Assembly: GCA_013239625.1 (NCBI GenBank) | Contig: MU053594.1 | Location: 1,581,654 to 1,634,153, forward strand | DNA from: Lama guanicoe | Lineage: Eukaryota | Reading direction: 5' to 3' | Length of the DNA: 52,500 nucleotides | Shown here: positions 1 through 11,645 of the stretch, one piece after another | Numbering within the stretch: position 1 is the stretch's first letter | Layout of the letters: each line of letters begins with the position of its first letter | Made by a program: the position numbers and the translations under genes | Notes under the pieces: generated by a model | The model's database searches: none | Told to the model about the DNA's origin: nothing | The model's input: the letters and a program-made list of their open reading frames with translations, nothing else

Positions 1-929
1 GCAGTGTCCTAATTTTTAATATGGGACCATATCAGACCCACCGCACCCAGCCATTGTAAGAATTAGCAGGCACCTATATATCTGTCTTACCTTTGGCTTT
101 GCTGCCCTGCACCCGGGATAAAACGTCTCCCTCTGACTTCAGCTGCTCAGATTTCTACCTGGCTCCCAGAAGCACCCAGTCACGCTTCGGGAGCAGAAGC
201 TACATGGTGAGGAAATGGCTATGTTTGCAGCTATCTGAAATACCTGCTCTCAAAAAAAAAAAAGTCTTTTATAAACCGTAAAACCTACCAGTGATGACTC
301 AGAGTTAGCATATGTCCCCCAAAGGAGTTAACCAAGCTGATAATGGATTTCTCACGCACCACCAGAGCCTGTCTGAGAAGTCAGCGCATCTCCTGGGATT
401 AACACCTTCCACCTGGGGAACAGGCTCAGCCACCGACTCGACTCCCAAGGGGCTGGGTTTTCCTGCCTGGAAGAGCCGGCCACCCAGACCTCCTGGACTT
501 TCCTCTCTCATCAAAGATAATGCTTAATTCCAGGCAGGATGCACTGAGGAAGAAGCAGAGCTTCACAGGACCATCTGGCCTCCCCTGGAGACCATAACCT
601 CCAGGATGTCAAACCCAGAAAGCGGCTGGGGCTTCAGCCTCACCCCACTGCGCCCTCCCCGACAAGCTCCTGAGCCCAGGCACAGCCAGCTTCTACCCTC
701 CAGGCTTCTGCCATGTGTCCAGCATGTTGTCTCCATCTGCACCCCCTCCACCCCCAGCCTCACTCAGAGCTGCCTCGGGACTCACCTGGGCTATGGCCAG
801 GAGCTCCCACCTGCAAGTCTCACCTCCGCCCTCATCTCGCCTGACTCTTCCTCGACGCCAGATCCCAGTGATCCACACAGCTCTGACCAGGCTGCCCCTC
901 TCCTCTGAAACCTTTCCATCTCCCCACTG

Positions 930-1720
930 CCCAGCAGAGGGACAGACTGGTAGCCTCCGGCCAGACACAGTATGCAGACAGGTTTTGTTTGATCTGCACA
1001 ATGTTTTCAAGTCTTTTGAACCAATACTTTAAAATCAGGAGTTGCACATAAAAATTCAAATTGCTGACTTGTCTCCGACACCAGGAGATCTGGCAAACCC
1101 AATGTGGTGGTTAATTTTATGTGTCCACTTTCCTGGGCTAAGGGGTACCCAGATAGCTAGTTAAAAAATTATTTCTCCATGTGTCTGTGAGGGTGTTTCC
1201 AGGAGACATTAGCATTTTAGTTGGTGAACCAAGTAGAGAAGATCTTTCCCCCCAGTGTGTGGGCATCATCCAGTCCATCGAGGGCCTGAATGGATAAAAC
1301 TGTGGAGGAAGGGGGAATTCATTCTCTCTGCTTGAGCTGAGACACTCGTCTTCCTCTGCCCTTGGACATCAGCTTTCCTGGTTCGATGGACTCGGGATGG
1401 GACCTCCCCGGCCCCCACCCCCGCCTCCCTGGTTCTCAAATCTGCAGACTCAGTCTGAACTACACCACCAGCTCCAGCTCTCGTGGTTTTCCGCTTGTAG
1501 ACGGCAACTCGGGGGGCTTCCTTGTCCCCATAACCACAAGAGCCAGTTCTTACAATAAATCTTCTCTTATGGATAGCTAGATCAATCTTACTGCTTGTTC
1601 CTCTGGGAAACCCTGACGAATAACCTGGGTCTTTATTTACACCATCAGCTGGAGCTGGGTCTGGCAGCTGCTCGCTCTGCCGGCTCCACTTGCACCACAG
1701 CCCCGTGGCCAAGAGACTGG
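930..1720. mobile_element. hAT-Charlie MITE (MER102/MER103-like), split by an MLT2 LTR
   Basis: Left piece aaaatcaggagttgcacataaaaattcaaattgctgacttgtctcc...agatctggcaaaccc (to 1102) continues after the LTR as ctgggtc...cagctggagctgggt (from 1624); both resemble consecutive parts of one recalled Charlie MITE consensus. Confidence 0.55.
1103..1623 (+). mobile_element. MLT2-family (ERVL) solo LTR
   Basis: Starts tgtggtggttaattttatgtgtc; contains gggcatcatccagtccatcgagggcctgaat and AATAAA near 1554; ends gaaaccctgacgaataa, close to the MLT2 terminus. Confidence 0.85.
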
Positions 1721-1794
1721 AGTCCAAACTCTTTGACCTCCTTTCCTTACTCTCGCCCTAAGCCTTCTTTGTAGCTTCACTCTCACTACAGATG

Positions 1795-1935
1795 CAGTGA
1801 GCATATGATGCATCTTCCAAATCAGGACATTTTTGAAAGTAAAAAGCAGCACTGAGAACAAGTACCAGGTGCTCATTGATCCGCAACAGGCATACACTGA
1901 GGCTTTTTCTGGCAAACCTGGGTGTATGGTTGCCC
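1795..1935. mobile_element. MER94-like hAT-Blackjack MITE
   Basis: catcttccaaatcaggacatttttgaaagtaaaaa...ctggcaaacctgggtgtatggttgccc resembles the MER94 consensus and its terminal inverted repeat. Confidence 0.6.
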
Positions 1936-2459
1936 GAACTATCGACCTCAACTTGGGCATCACACACCCTAATCTCCAGGCAACCCACATCGCCCGTGGT
2001 TCCTTAAAGTGGCCGCCATGTGCCCGTCGGTGCTTTTACCTCTGTTGTCCCCGTTTTGGGGACTATCCCGTCTTCTGGTCTCAGCCTGTCAAGATCCAAC
2101 TGCCCTTCCAAATCCCAGGCCAGATGCGACCGCTTCCTTGAAGCACGCCTGACATTTCCTGACCGAAACTCCTCTCCCCGCTTTAGAATTCCCAGAAGGC
2201 TTTGTAAGTCTGCTATGACCTTGCATTAGAATCATGTCATCCATTCAGTCAACAAACACTCTCAGAGCACTGAGGATATGCAGTGAGCAAAAGAGCCAAA
2301 GTTCCTCCCCTCACTGAGTTTATATTGACTAATGAGAAGCTGAATGATAGTATTTGTGAAGTTGAAAACATTTTAACCACGTAGAGTTCTAAAAACAGTA
2401 ATTACGCAGCCATGCCAACTGGGATCAGCACATCCTTATACCATCTCCTTTTAAAATTC

Positions 2460-2620
2460 CTAACATTGGAGAGAAGTATTATTCCTGTTATCAGAGTTAA
2501 AAACTGAGGCTCAGAGCAGTTAAGTGACTGGCTGGTGATGCCGACAGGTGAATGGAGGGAGGGGCCAGGCTCAACCCAGGTGTGTCTGGCTCCAGACTCT
2601 GCTTTCCACCACACCCTGCT
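2460..2620 (-). repeat. MIR SINE
   Basis: Reverse-strand MIR core aaactgaggctcagagcagttaagtgact...aacccaggtgtgtctggctccaga. Confidence 0.75.
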
Positions 2621-3894
2621 GAAAACAGACTGGATTCCAGGGTGACACAGTTTGTCCCTTTAGGAGCAAGGCTGGGAGTGCATGGAGAGAAATCTGCATT
2701 AGCAACCCACTGGGGAGTTCCTTAACAGAGCTGGGTCTCTGTTCAAAGTGATGGTGTAAGACTTAACACAGCGACTGGTACGGAGGCTGAGATGTGGAAC
2801 CACCTGGTCAGCCCTGGGCCTGAACCTGTCCCCCCTATCCCCATCCCTGCCTCCGGTGTCCGCATGGACATTGTCCCCTTGGCCTCTCTGGGCAGACAGG
2901 CCCCGTCTATAGCTATGACAGGTGACTGATCCCTCTGGGGTGGAGGGCAACACCTGCTGAGGCCCCCTGCCCCCTGCCATCCCCTCAACCCAGGATGGGC
3001 CTGGAGATGCCATTCAGCACTGGGAGGAGGGGCAGGGCAGGGGGGAGAGGAGCAGCAAAAGGCTCTCGACTCCGGCACTGGGGCTGCGTCTCTCACCTGG
3101 GGGTGTTTTTCAGGCCCGAGGGTCCTGTCCGGCTTTCTGCAAGGCCTCTGCCCATTACCAGGAAAGAGCACAAATTAGGTTACAAAGCCACACTGCCATG
3201 ATTCCAGAAGCCTGGATCTGCGAGGCTGCGCTTTCATTGTCAATAAACAGCCAACTTCCTCGAAATGTCTGCTGGCTTCTGTAATTACTTGGGGAAAATG
3301 TCATGTTTGCCACTGTGCGATTAGAGCAGCGCACGGGCTAAGACGCAAACAACCTCACACCAGTATAAATATTTTTAATGGCATCGTTCCAGCGATCTGG
3401 TGCGTGTGCTTCCAGATGATCACGCAGGACAAAATCAAAGAGAGGGCTCCTCTGTTATGAAACGCAGTTATCGAGAGAGCCCGCCTCTGAAGACAGACGG
3501 TTCCAGTCTGGCGTGAAATCTGGGCTGATCCTTGCATTTGAAGCTCTGTGTATTCTCTCTTGCTGGAGACTTTATCTGATTTGATTACAAAATGAAAAGC
3601 TGGATGTTTAAGTAGTTTTCACAGAAGCACTTAGCAAAGGTATCAGAGGGCCTGGAAAAAAAAGAAAAGAAGCAGACTGACTTGGGGTAACTTGCTGAGC
3701 CCCACCGGGCCTCAGTTACCCCCACCTATAAAATGGGGGTAAGACAGAAACTCTCCAAAGTGAGGCTGACTTTCCTGTACTTCCTTGGTGCTCTGAAATC
3801 CATCACAAATTGGAGGCCTTGATTTCTTGCCAGATGAAAATGCAAATAAATGTCAGGGTGCCCTGTGGTTCCTGCTGACTCTAGAGGATGTGGT

Positions 3895-4294
3895 CAGGCC
3901 TGCCCTGGCATTTGCAGGGCCCAGAGCAAGATTATAAACGGGGCTCACACAGTATATGTCATAATATTTAAAAGTTGTAAATCAAGGTAATAAAAATCAT
4001 TTAAATAAAATATGTTTTGCTCTCCTACCTTGACAAATATGTCTTCAAAATGACCTGGAAGGCCAGGCTGGACCTTAAGAGTTCTGGAACTTCTCAGAGT
4101 TCCACACCACACGTGGCAGCGGGAGGAGCTAGCTCAGCTCCCCCAGCTTTTCTGCCCTCTCCTGGTGGGACCTCATACTGCAGGCGGCCTTGCACTCATG
4201 CTGTGAGCAACCCAGCCTGCACTTGCACATCCATAGGAGGCCAGGGTGGAGCCAGCGCAAGGACTCCTCTTGGCTGGGTCTAAGGGCAGCACTA
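3895..4294. mobile_element. hAT-Tip100 element (MER115/Zaphod-like)
   Basis: aatatttaaaagttgtaaatcaagg...ctcctaccttgacaaatat...gacctggaaggccagg and end ggtctaagggcagcact resemble the recalled MER115/Zaphod consensus. Confidence 0.6.
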
Positions 4295-4324
4295 GCCGTG
4301 GTGCAAATGACATAGCACCGACAA

Positions 4325-5990
4325 TGGGCTGATTTCCTTAATATATAAAGAACTGCTCCACTAAACAGGCAATTCTCCAATAAAGGCATGCAAATGGCTA
4401 ACAGGCACATGAGAAAATGCTCAGCATCACTAATTATCAGAGAAAGGCAAACAGAAACTACCATGAGGTATCACCTCACACAAGTCAGAATGGCCATCAT
4501 TCAAAAGTCCACAAACAAGAAAAGCTGGAGAAGCTGTGGAGAAAAGGGAACCCTCCTGCACTGCTGGTGGGAATGCAGTTTGGTGCGGCCATTATGGAAA
4601 ACAGCATGGAGATTCCTCAAAAGACTAAAAACAGACTTACCCTATGATCCAGCAATCCCCCTCCTGGGCATATATCCAGAGGGAACCTTAATTCAAAAAG
4701 ATACATGCACATCAATGTTCATAGCTGCACTATTTACAATAGTGAAGACATGGAAACAGCCTAAATGTCCATCGACAGATGACTGGATAAAGGAGTTGTA
4801 GTATATTTATACAATGGAATAGTACTCAGCCATAAAAAATAATAAAATAATGCCATTTGCGGCAACATGGATGCACCTGAAGATTGTCATTCTAAGTGAA
4901 GTAAGGCAGAAAGAGAAAGAAAAATGCCCTATGATATCACTTATATGTGGAATCTAAAAAAAGAAAAAAAACTTATTTACAAAACAGAAACAGACTCACA
5001 GACATAGAAAATAAACTTATGGTTACCAAGGGGAAGGGAGTTTGAAGGGATAAATTGGGAGTTCAAGATTTGCAGATACTAACTACTATATATAAAATAG
5101 ATAAACAATAAATTTATACTGTATAGTACAGGGAACTATATTCAATATCTTGTAGTAACTTATGGAGAAAAAGAACATTAAAATGAATATATGTATGTTC
5201 CTAAATGAATGAAGTATTGCACTGTACACTAGAAATTGACACAACATTGTAAACTGACTAGACTTCAATAAATACATATATATTTTTTTAAAAAGAACTG
5301 CTCCAAATCAATGAGAAAAAAATTAATTCCTCAATACAAATATGAATAGACGGTTCATGTAAAAGATTCCAAAAAACTCCTAAAGATGAAAAAGATACTC
5401 AGTCTCAAAGGTCAAGCATTTAGTGGCTCATTTTGTTGGCTGAGTGTACAAATCAGTACAACCATTGCCAGCAAGACTGCAGTTGGTAAAAGCTCCGTGA
5501 AGCACAATTTGGCAACAACTAAAAAAAACTGCAGATGCATACCCTGTCCCAGCAATTACACACTCAGTTATTTATCCTTAACAAATCCTTTAACAAGAAG
5601 CGACATTTGTTGCAGTAATTTTTTTTGTAATAGCAAAATATTGGAAGCCACGTAACAGTGGAGCAGTGCAGAGCCGGTTAACTCAGCGATGGCCTCCCAC
5701 AGAACAGAATGGTACAGGGCAGAGCAGCAGGACGGAACTCCAGCACACATTGCTAAGGGGAAAAAGAAAGCTTCCCGGGACAGCGGTTGTGTGCTGTGAT
5801 TCGTGTGAACAGAAAGAACACATGTACACATGTGTTCGCTGTGCAAAGATTTCTCTGGACGGAGACACAAGAGACAAACAGTGGCTGCATCTGGGTGGAG
5901 GAGGGGACAGCTATGGGAGGGAGAATTACTCTTCATTGTATTTCTTTTTTGTACCTTTTGAATTCGCACTGTGTGTGTGATGTGCTTATT
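4325..5990 (+). repeat. Ancient L1M-type 3' remnant hosting the younger L1
   Basis: gatttccttaatatataaagaactgctcca|aatcaatgagaaaaa reads as continuous old L1 sequence once the insert is removed; degraded L1 3' motifs continue to about 5990. Confidence 0.6.
4361..5291 (+). mobile_element. 5'-truncated lineage-specific LINE-1 (ORF2 C-terminus plus 3' UTR)
   Basis: ORF 4388-4801 is the L1 ORF2 C-terminus ([50 protein letters not shown]), ending at a premature TAG; AATAAA near 5267; perfect 14-bp TSD aaagaactgctcca at 4347-4360 and 5292-5305. Confidence 0.95.
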
Positions 5991-6149
5991 CCAAAATATT
6001 CAAATGATCAAGAAGAGCTTAGCTCAGCACTCCATCTGTACCTTTCTTAATCGTACCTATATTTTTCCCATCTTAGGTCATCATTATTTATGTACGAGTC
6101 TTGCAAACCTTCTATATTTTATAGTTGGAGAAGGCAGAATTCATGTCAA

Positions 6150-6385
6150 ATAATAACTAACATTTTGGAGCATTTATTATCTGCCGAGCCCTGTTCTCGA
6201 TGATTTATGCATAACTTCACTTATTTCTCTTCACCTGGTAATGACTTCGGATGATAGGTACTGTTACCAGCCTCATTTTACAGCTGAGGAAGCTAAGGGT
6301 CCAGCAGGAGGTTTAAAACTTCCCTAAGGCCGCCTGGCTCTGCCCTAGGGGGCGCTGTCTGATTCTAAGACTGTTCCACTCCAGT
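6150..6385 (-). repeat. MIR SINE
   Basis: aactaacattttggagcatttattatctgcc...cattttacagctgaggaagctaagg. Confidence 0.7.
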
Positions 6386-9025
6386 CCTGACGGGCCTTGA
6401 CTCCTTTTTCCTATTCCTCAGAATTTAGGAAGAGCACAGTAAATGCTTGTTGAATGGATGAAGGAGTGAGCGACTGAGTGACGCACCTGCCCAGTTCACA
6501 GCATCCTGCATGCTGCACTTCTAGGTCACGTGCCTCCTGTTCCCAGCTCTGGGGAGGGGCAAAGATTGGGTCTCCTTATAAACAGCCATAGGTTTCCTTT
6601 GCCCACTGCTGCCTGGAGGGAAACCTGCAGCAGGAACTGATCAACTGAGGAAAGTGAAGAGGTGACGGATTCACACAAGAGAGGATATTTTTTAAGCAAA
6701 TTCGCTGGGGCTTAGGCAAGAGCCTCAGGGCCCATTCTGTCACTATTGCATGAAGTATGGTTCACCTCTCGAAGCTTGGAAATGTCAGAGTGCCAGGCAC
6801 ACCGTCCCTGGCCACGCGGAGCCCACGGCCGCCTCTAACATCAGCTCTGCCTGCTGGCGTGTCACCCCACAGCCCGAGGATGGAGCCGCAGTGAACCCCA
6901 CAGGGAGCCGTGCTGTTTGAGCCAAGAAACAAAGCTTGCTGGGATACCCTCACCACCCCCCCCAAAACAGCTGGCATGTCCGTCCTCTGTCTGTTTTCCG
7001 TACTTAAAACACAGCCCACTTTGAGCTTCCATAAGACACTTTGAACCAAGCCCGTGATCCTGAGACACAATTCTGTCTCCTTGTCTTGCATGATTTATAT
7101 GGGGTTTAAATAATAAATTGCACGGATGCTGTAGAATTTTACAGTGCTCCAAGTAGGTCATTAAATAAATCACTGTATAATTTATATAAATGAACCTAAA
7201 TCATACAGTAGGAGGATTTCATTAGAAAAATCAATCCTGTGAGTGGATAAACACGAAGGGCTGGCAGGAACAGGGCTGTGGTTGAAAAGTCCCCCGTCTA
7301 TGCCCAAACGTGTGTGACCCTCTGAGCCAGAGGACACTTGGCCCCCACTCTCCACTCAGCCGTCCAGGCCCCCAGGATGCTGGGGCCAGGCCCCCGTTCT
7401 CTGGAAGACCTGCCTCCACCTCCCCATGCCCTGGCTCTTCTAGTAGGGGGGTCGACCTCATGCAGGGACTCAGCCCACCTGGAAGCCGGCTGGCCTCTTC
7501 CCACCTCCCCAGCAGAGCCGGGATGAAAGCAGAGGCTGGGCGAGCTCTGAGTGAAGGAACCCACAGGCGCTCCTGCCAAGCACAAGCTGGGCTCGGGCCT
7601 GAACACAGTCCAAGGGCAGTGTCTGGCTGGCAGGAGCGTTCACCTTGCCGCGGGGAAATGTTTAAGTGATGCTTTCCGCAGCCTCAGATGCAGAATCCTT
7701 TCTGGCCTCCATCAGGTGCCCTTCTTGAAGGGATACAGAGGGTGGATTGATCCAAGAGGCAAGTCCAAATGGGGCAGCTTGAACCCCTCCGGGCCCTGTC
7801 CAGCACCTTCCCCCCGACCCCCACCTCGGGAGCAGCGGGGCCCGAGACCTCCCTCCCAGCAGAGGGAGGAACCTCACTGCTATCAGCCTGTGAGCATTGC
7901 CAGTTAGCAGCAGGGACTGGGGGCTGGCTCTGTTCACCGCAGAGATGTCTCAGGAGAAGGGAATTCCAAGTGAGAGGAGGTCCTTTATTTTTAAAACCAC
8001 TGCTTGAGGAAGATCAGTGAGATGAGGTTAAGCAAGATGGAAGGTGAACAAAATGCTCTGACCTGCTCCCAGGAGACACGGTGGGCCCGGGATGCTCCCC
8101 AGAAGCTTTTGGGGGAATTCAGCCCCATGGGAAGCTAAGAGAATCATGAGGTGACAAGTCACAGGGGAACCAAAGCTATTTAGTCATCCTAAGAGTGTGC
8201 ATTTAAAAATTCTGATCCCCGACACCTGACACCAGCCCCCTGGGGCAGCGAGAAGACCGGGCCCCTGTGAATAAGAGGAGAGGGGAGCAGGGCTGGAGGG
8301 AGAAAGCAGCCCCCAGGCACCAACCCCCACCTGGAGTCACCTAGAGAACAAGTACCCTCTGGGGACAGAACCCTGGGGTCGTTTCACCTTGTATCTGCAG
8401 CATCCTAGCTTCAAGAAGCTTGAAAGCGACTAATCCCACTTTCCAACAGGAAGGCCCCTTGAGCAGGTGCTACCATGCATGAACAGAGTGTCCTCAGAGC
8501 TCCGGCTTTCTCAGGACCAAAACGAATCCTGTTTTGGGGTCCATCTTGATGCTACATGAAACACTTCATCGCCGCTGTCTTTTGTTTGGGGGGGTCACTT
8601 GGTAGGGAATCTGAAAACCCACAAAGAGAAAGCTGTAAAATTGACATCTCTCTTTTATTCCTTAAGAATGTTATTTTGGTTAAAGAAGAAGAAGAAGAAA
8701 GGCTTGCAGCAGCATGATTGGGATGCGGTGGGTGGGAGAGGTGCAGCAGGGTTTGATGTTCGCACTCATGTGGTCCCTTTTCGTTAGAAGACGAGTCTGT
8801 GCACCAGGGTGAGAGCACAGGAGTCACGGAGCACAATTTCAGTCTAGAAAATCGAGATTGCAATTGATCTCCATTTTCGTATTCCATTGGATATTGATGT
8901 GATGTAATTAACATGAAAAATTCCACAAAGACATATGGCTCCTTTATGTAACAAAGAACTGTGCTAGTGTCTTAAAAACAAACCAGCTCTGTGGTATTAG
9001 GTCAGTCTCTGAGCCCAGGCAGAGG

Positions 9026-9240
9026 GGCAGCATGCTGCAAAGGAAAATGTACAGACATGGAATCTAAGAACCCAGGGTTCAAGCCCCAGCTCAGCCATTT
9101 CCTGGTGTAATTAATGCCCCAGACACTGCTGTCTCAGCTCCCTTCTGCACCTCTCTGTAAAGTGGGGATGATAAAAACAACCCACTCCGTGGTCATAACT
9201 GAGATAATGTGTCCAGCAGTAGAAGCTTATAAACATGTTT
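9026..9240 (+). repeat. MIR SINE
   Basis: cccagggttcaagccccagctcagccattt...ctgtaaagtggggatgataa. Confidence 0.65.
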
Positions 9241-9270
9241 CCTTCTTATCAGCCGGGAGCCCTGTGCTCC

Positions 9271-9797
9271 TGTAAACAATAAAGGTTAAAAAAAAAAAAC
9301 TGCCCCCACCCTTCCAGAAAATGGGTCGCTGCAAAGAACCTCCCTGCCGTGCACAACTCACGATGCCAGCCTTGATCGTCCATGACAAGGCTAGACACAG
9401 TGGCTCCCAGTTCCCATTCTTTGCTTCATAAATGATTGGCTGAACTGTTTTGTCCCCAACAGTTGAATCAGAACAATTGGAACAAAATGCACGTTAACCA
9501 GAAAGGGAAGCTGCTCTCCCCGCAGGTGCCCGGACTTGGGCTCGCCCGCAGCCCAGCCAGCCTGACCTCAGGGTAAATCATTATCTGACGGACTGTTCTG
9601 ATCATTTTACCCCCTTCCTTATATCCGGTTCTTTTACTCTTATTTACTCTCCACTGCAAAAGAAAACCCTTTTTTGCCCAGCCTTTGAGAGCCTTTCAGA
9701 TACTCCTGTGGGAGTTTCTCCCGTTTACAATAGTACCTTCCCTGCAATAATCCTTTCAAATAAGATCTCCTCTAAGTTTAGATTTATTTATTTGATA
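9271..9797 (+). mobile_element. ERV1-class solo LTR (MER34/MER39-like)
   Basis: Starts tgtaaac; contains ccatgacaaggctagacacag and cataaatgattggctgaac; 3' part caataatcctttcaaataagatctc...tttatttgata is typical of this group. Confidence 0.6.
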
Positions 9798-10304
9798 GTT
9801 GCAAGCAGCAGGACCCGACACTGGCCCCGGGGAGGGTCCAACGAGCTCTGAGACCCAACAATTGTCCTCTAAAAGCTGATCTCCGGTCTTAGAAAGTGTC
9901 CAGGAATCCAGCAGTTAAGAACAGGTAATAAATTCATGTTTTAGTCAAACCTTCTATCAGGACCCAACTTCTCCTCCAGGGCATCGTGGCTGCTGGCACG
10001 GCTGTGTCCGGGGATGAATGGCTGGATCCTGGTCTTCCCTGCCTTCACCTTAATTGTCATCATGAGGCCTCGGTGCCAGATGCAAAGGCAGCCCAGGTGG
10101 GAGTGTCTGATTGGCCCAGCCCAAGCCACACACTGGCACTCTGTGATCAGGGCTAAAGAGGGGAGAAGCTCTTGGGCTGGTTTCCGAGGAGACAAGCAGG
10201 GCCCTGCATCCCATCAATATTACATCTGATGGAGGAGACAAGAGAGCTCAACATTAGGCAGCAGGGAAAAAAAACGACAGATGTCTTCATTAAAAAAAAA
10301 AAAT

Positions 10305-10416
10305 GGGTGGGGCGGTAATTAGGCTGACTAATTTATTTTGATGGAGGTGCTGGGGATTGAACCCAGGACCTTGTGCATGCTAGGCATGCGTTCCATCACT
10401 CAGCTGTACCCTCCCC
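10305..10416 (-). repeat. tRNA-Ala-derived SINE (Vic-1-like)
   Basis: Reverse complement ggggagggtacagctgagtgatggaacgcatgcctagcatgcacaaggtcctgggttcaatccccagcacctcca plus tail cctaattacc. Confidence 0.85.
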
Positions 10417-11389
10417 AATCCCTACTTTATCTTTCCAGACTCCAAATCTTGTGTTTGTTTTGGTGGATTTGGCGTTTGTTGTTGCTTTTAAATGAGATTC
10501 TCAAATTTGCCCTCTCCATCAATAAAGCTAATATACAACCCCCCAAATGAAGATGTGGGCCTCAGGGCCGCACAGAGTGAGCCTGGGTTCGAGGACAACA
10601 CATCTTACAATGTCCTTCCGTCACACCGCCCCCTGCCCGCGCCTTTGGCTTTGATTAATCAGCCCAGATGTTGAAGCCGGGAGGGTGCTTGCCAGCCTCC
10701 ATGGTCTGCAGCTCTTAATGCTCCTCTCCGAAGACTGACTAAGCCACTTACCGCTGAAGAGGAGCCTGGCCTCACGGGACAAGAGGAAGAGACGGTGTCA
10801 GCATTAACCTGCTACCTGCTTCTGCCGGGGCAGCTGCCAAATGCCAGCGGGGTGCCGCAATCAAGTGTCGTACAACATGCCAACATAACAGCTGGTGACC
10901 AGTCATTAGGGTAATCCACCAAGCCTGGGAATTTCAAGAACCCCTCGGCACACACTGAAAATGAGAGTTATTGCAAAACCAGGTGTTCCGGTCTAATTGC
11001 ACGAACCAGTTTGAAATGTTAATCTGCTCCCTCAAACTGCATTTTGCATGTTGAGAAGTGTGGGAGAGAGACTCCCAGCTGAGCTTTCTAGGGAAGAGCA
11101 AATATTTTGTTCCCTCATTTATTTATTCCTTTGAGGTGGTTTTCCAGTCTTTGAGCCATAGAAGCATCGAGGTATGTGGCTAGAATTGACCTGGAGGGCA
11201 TTTGTTCCATGTCCCACTGTAGCACAGCTACCGTCCAACTGTGCCAGCCTGGCCCCGGGCAAAGCCAGCCTGCACTTCCAATGAGACTGCCCAGTTCTGC
11301 CTGTCAAATGCCATAGCAGCCAGACCAGCCTCCAGCTCCCCGAGGGACCCCCACTATTGCAGCTGGAGCCAACTACACCTGCTCTGAGA

Positions 11390-11645
11390 GGCAGTAAAAC
11401 CTGGTCATTAAGAACCTCAGAAGTAGGCACACTTTGCTTCAAGTCCCTGCTCTGCCCTGGCCGGCTGTGTGGCCTGGGACCAGTTTCTTAACCTCTCTGA
11501 GTTTCTTGGAACCTCTATTTCCTCCTGTCTAGAAATAGAGATGGCATCAACCTCACAAACTGAGGGAAGGATGAGTTCAGTTGATGTCTGGAAAGCACTT
11601 AGCAAAATCTACAGCTCATGGGGAGAAAATAAGTATTATTACTAA
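11390..11645 (+). repeat. MIR SINE
   Basis: gctgtgtggcctgggaccagtttcttaacctctctgag...aaagcacttagca. Confidence 0.75.
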
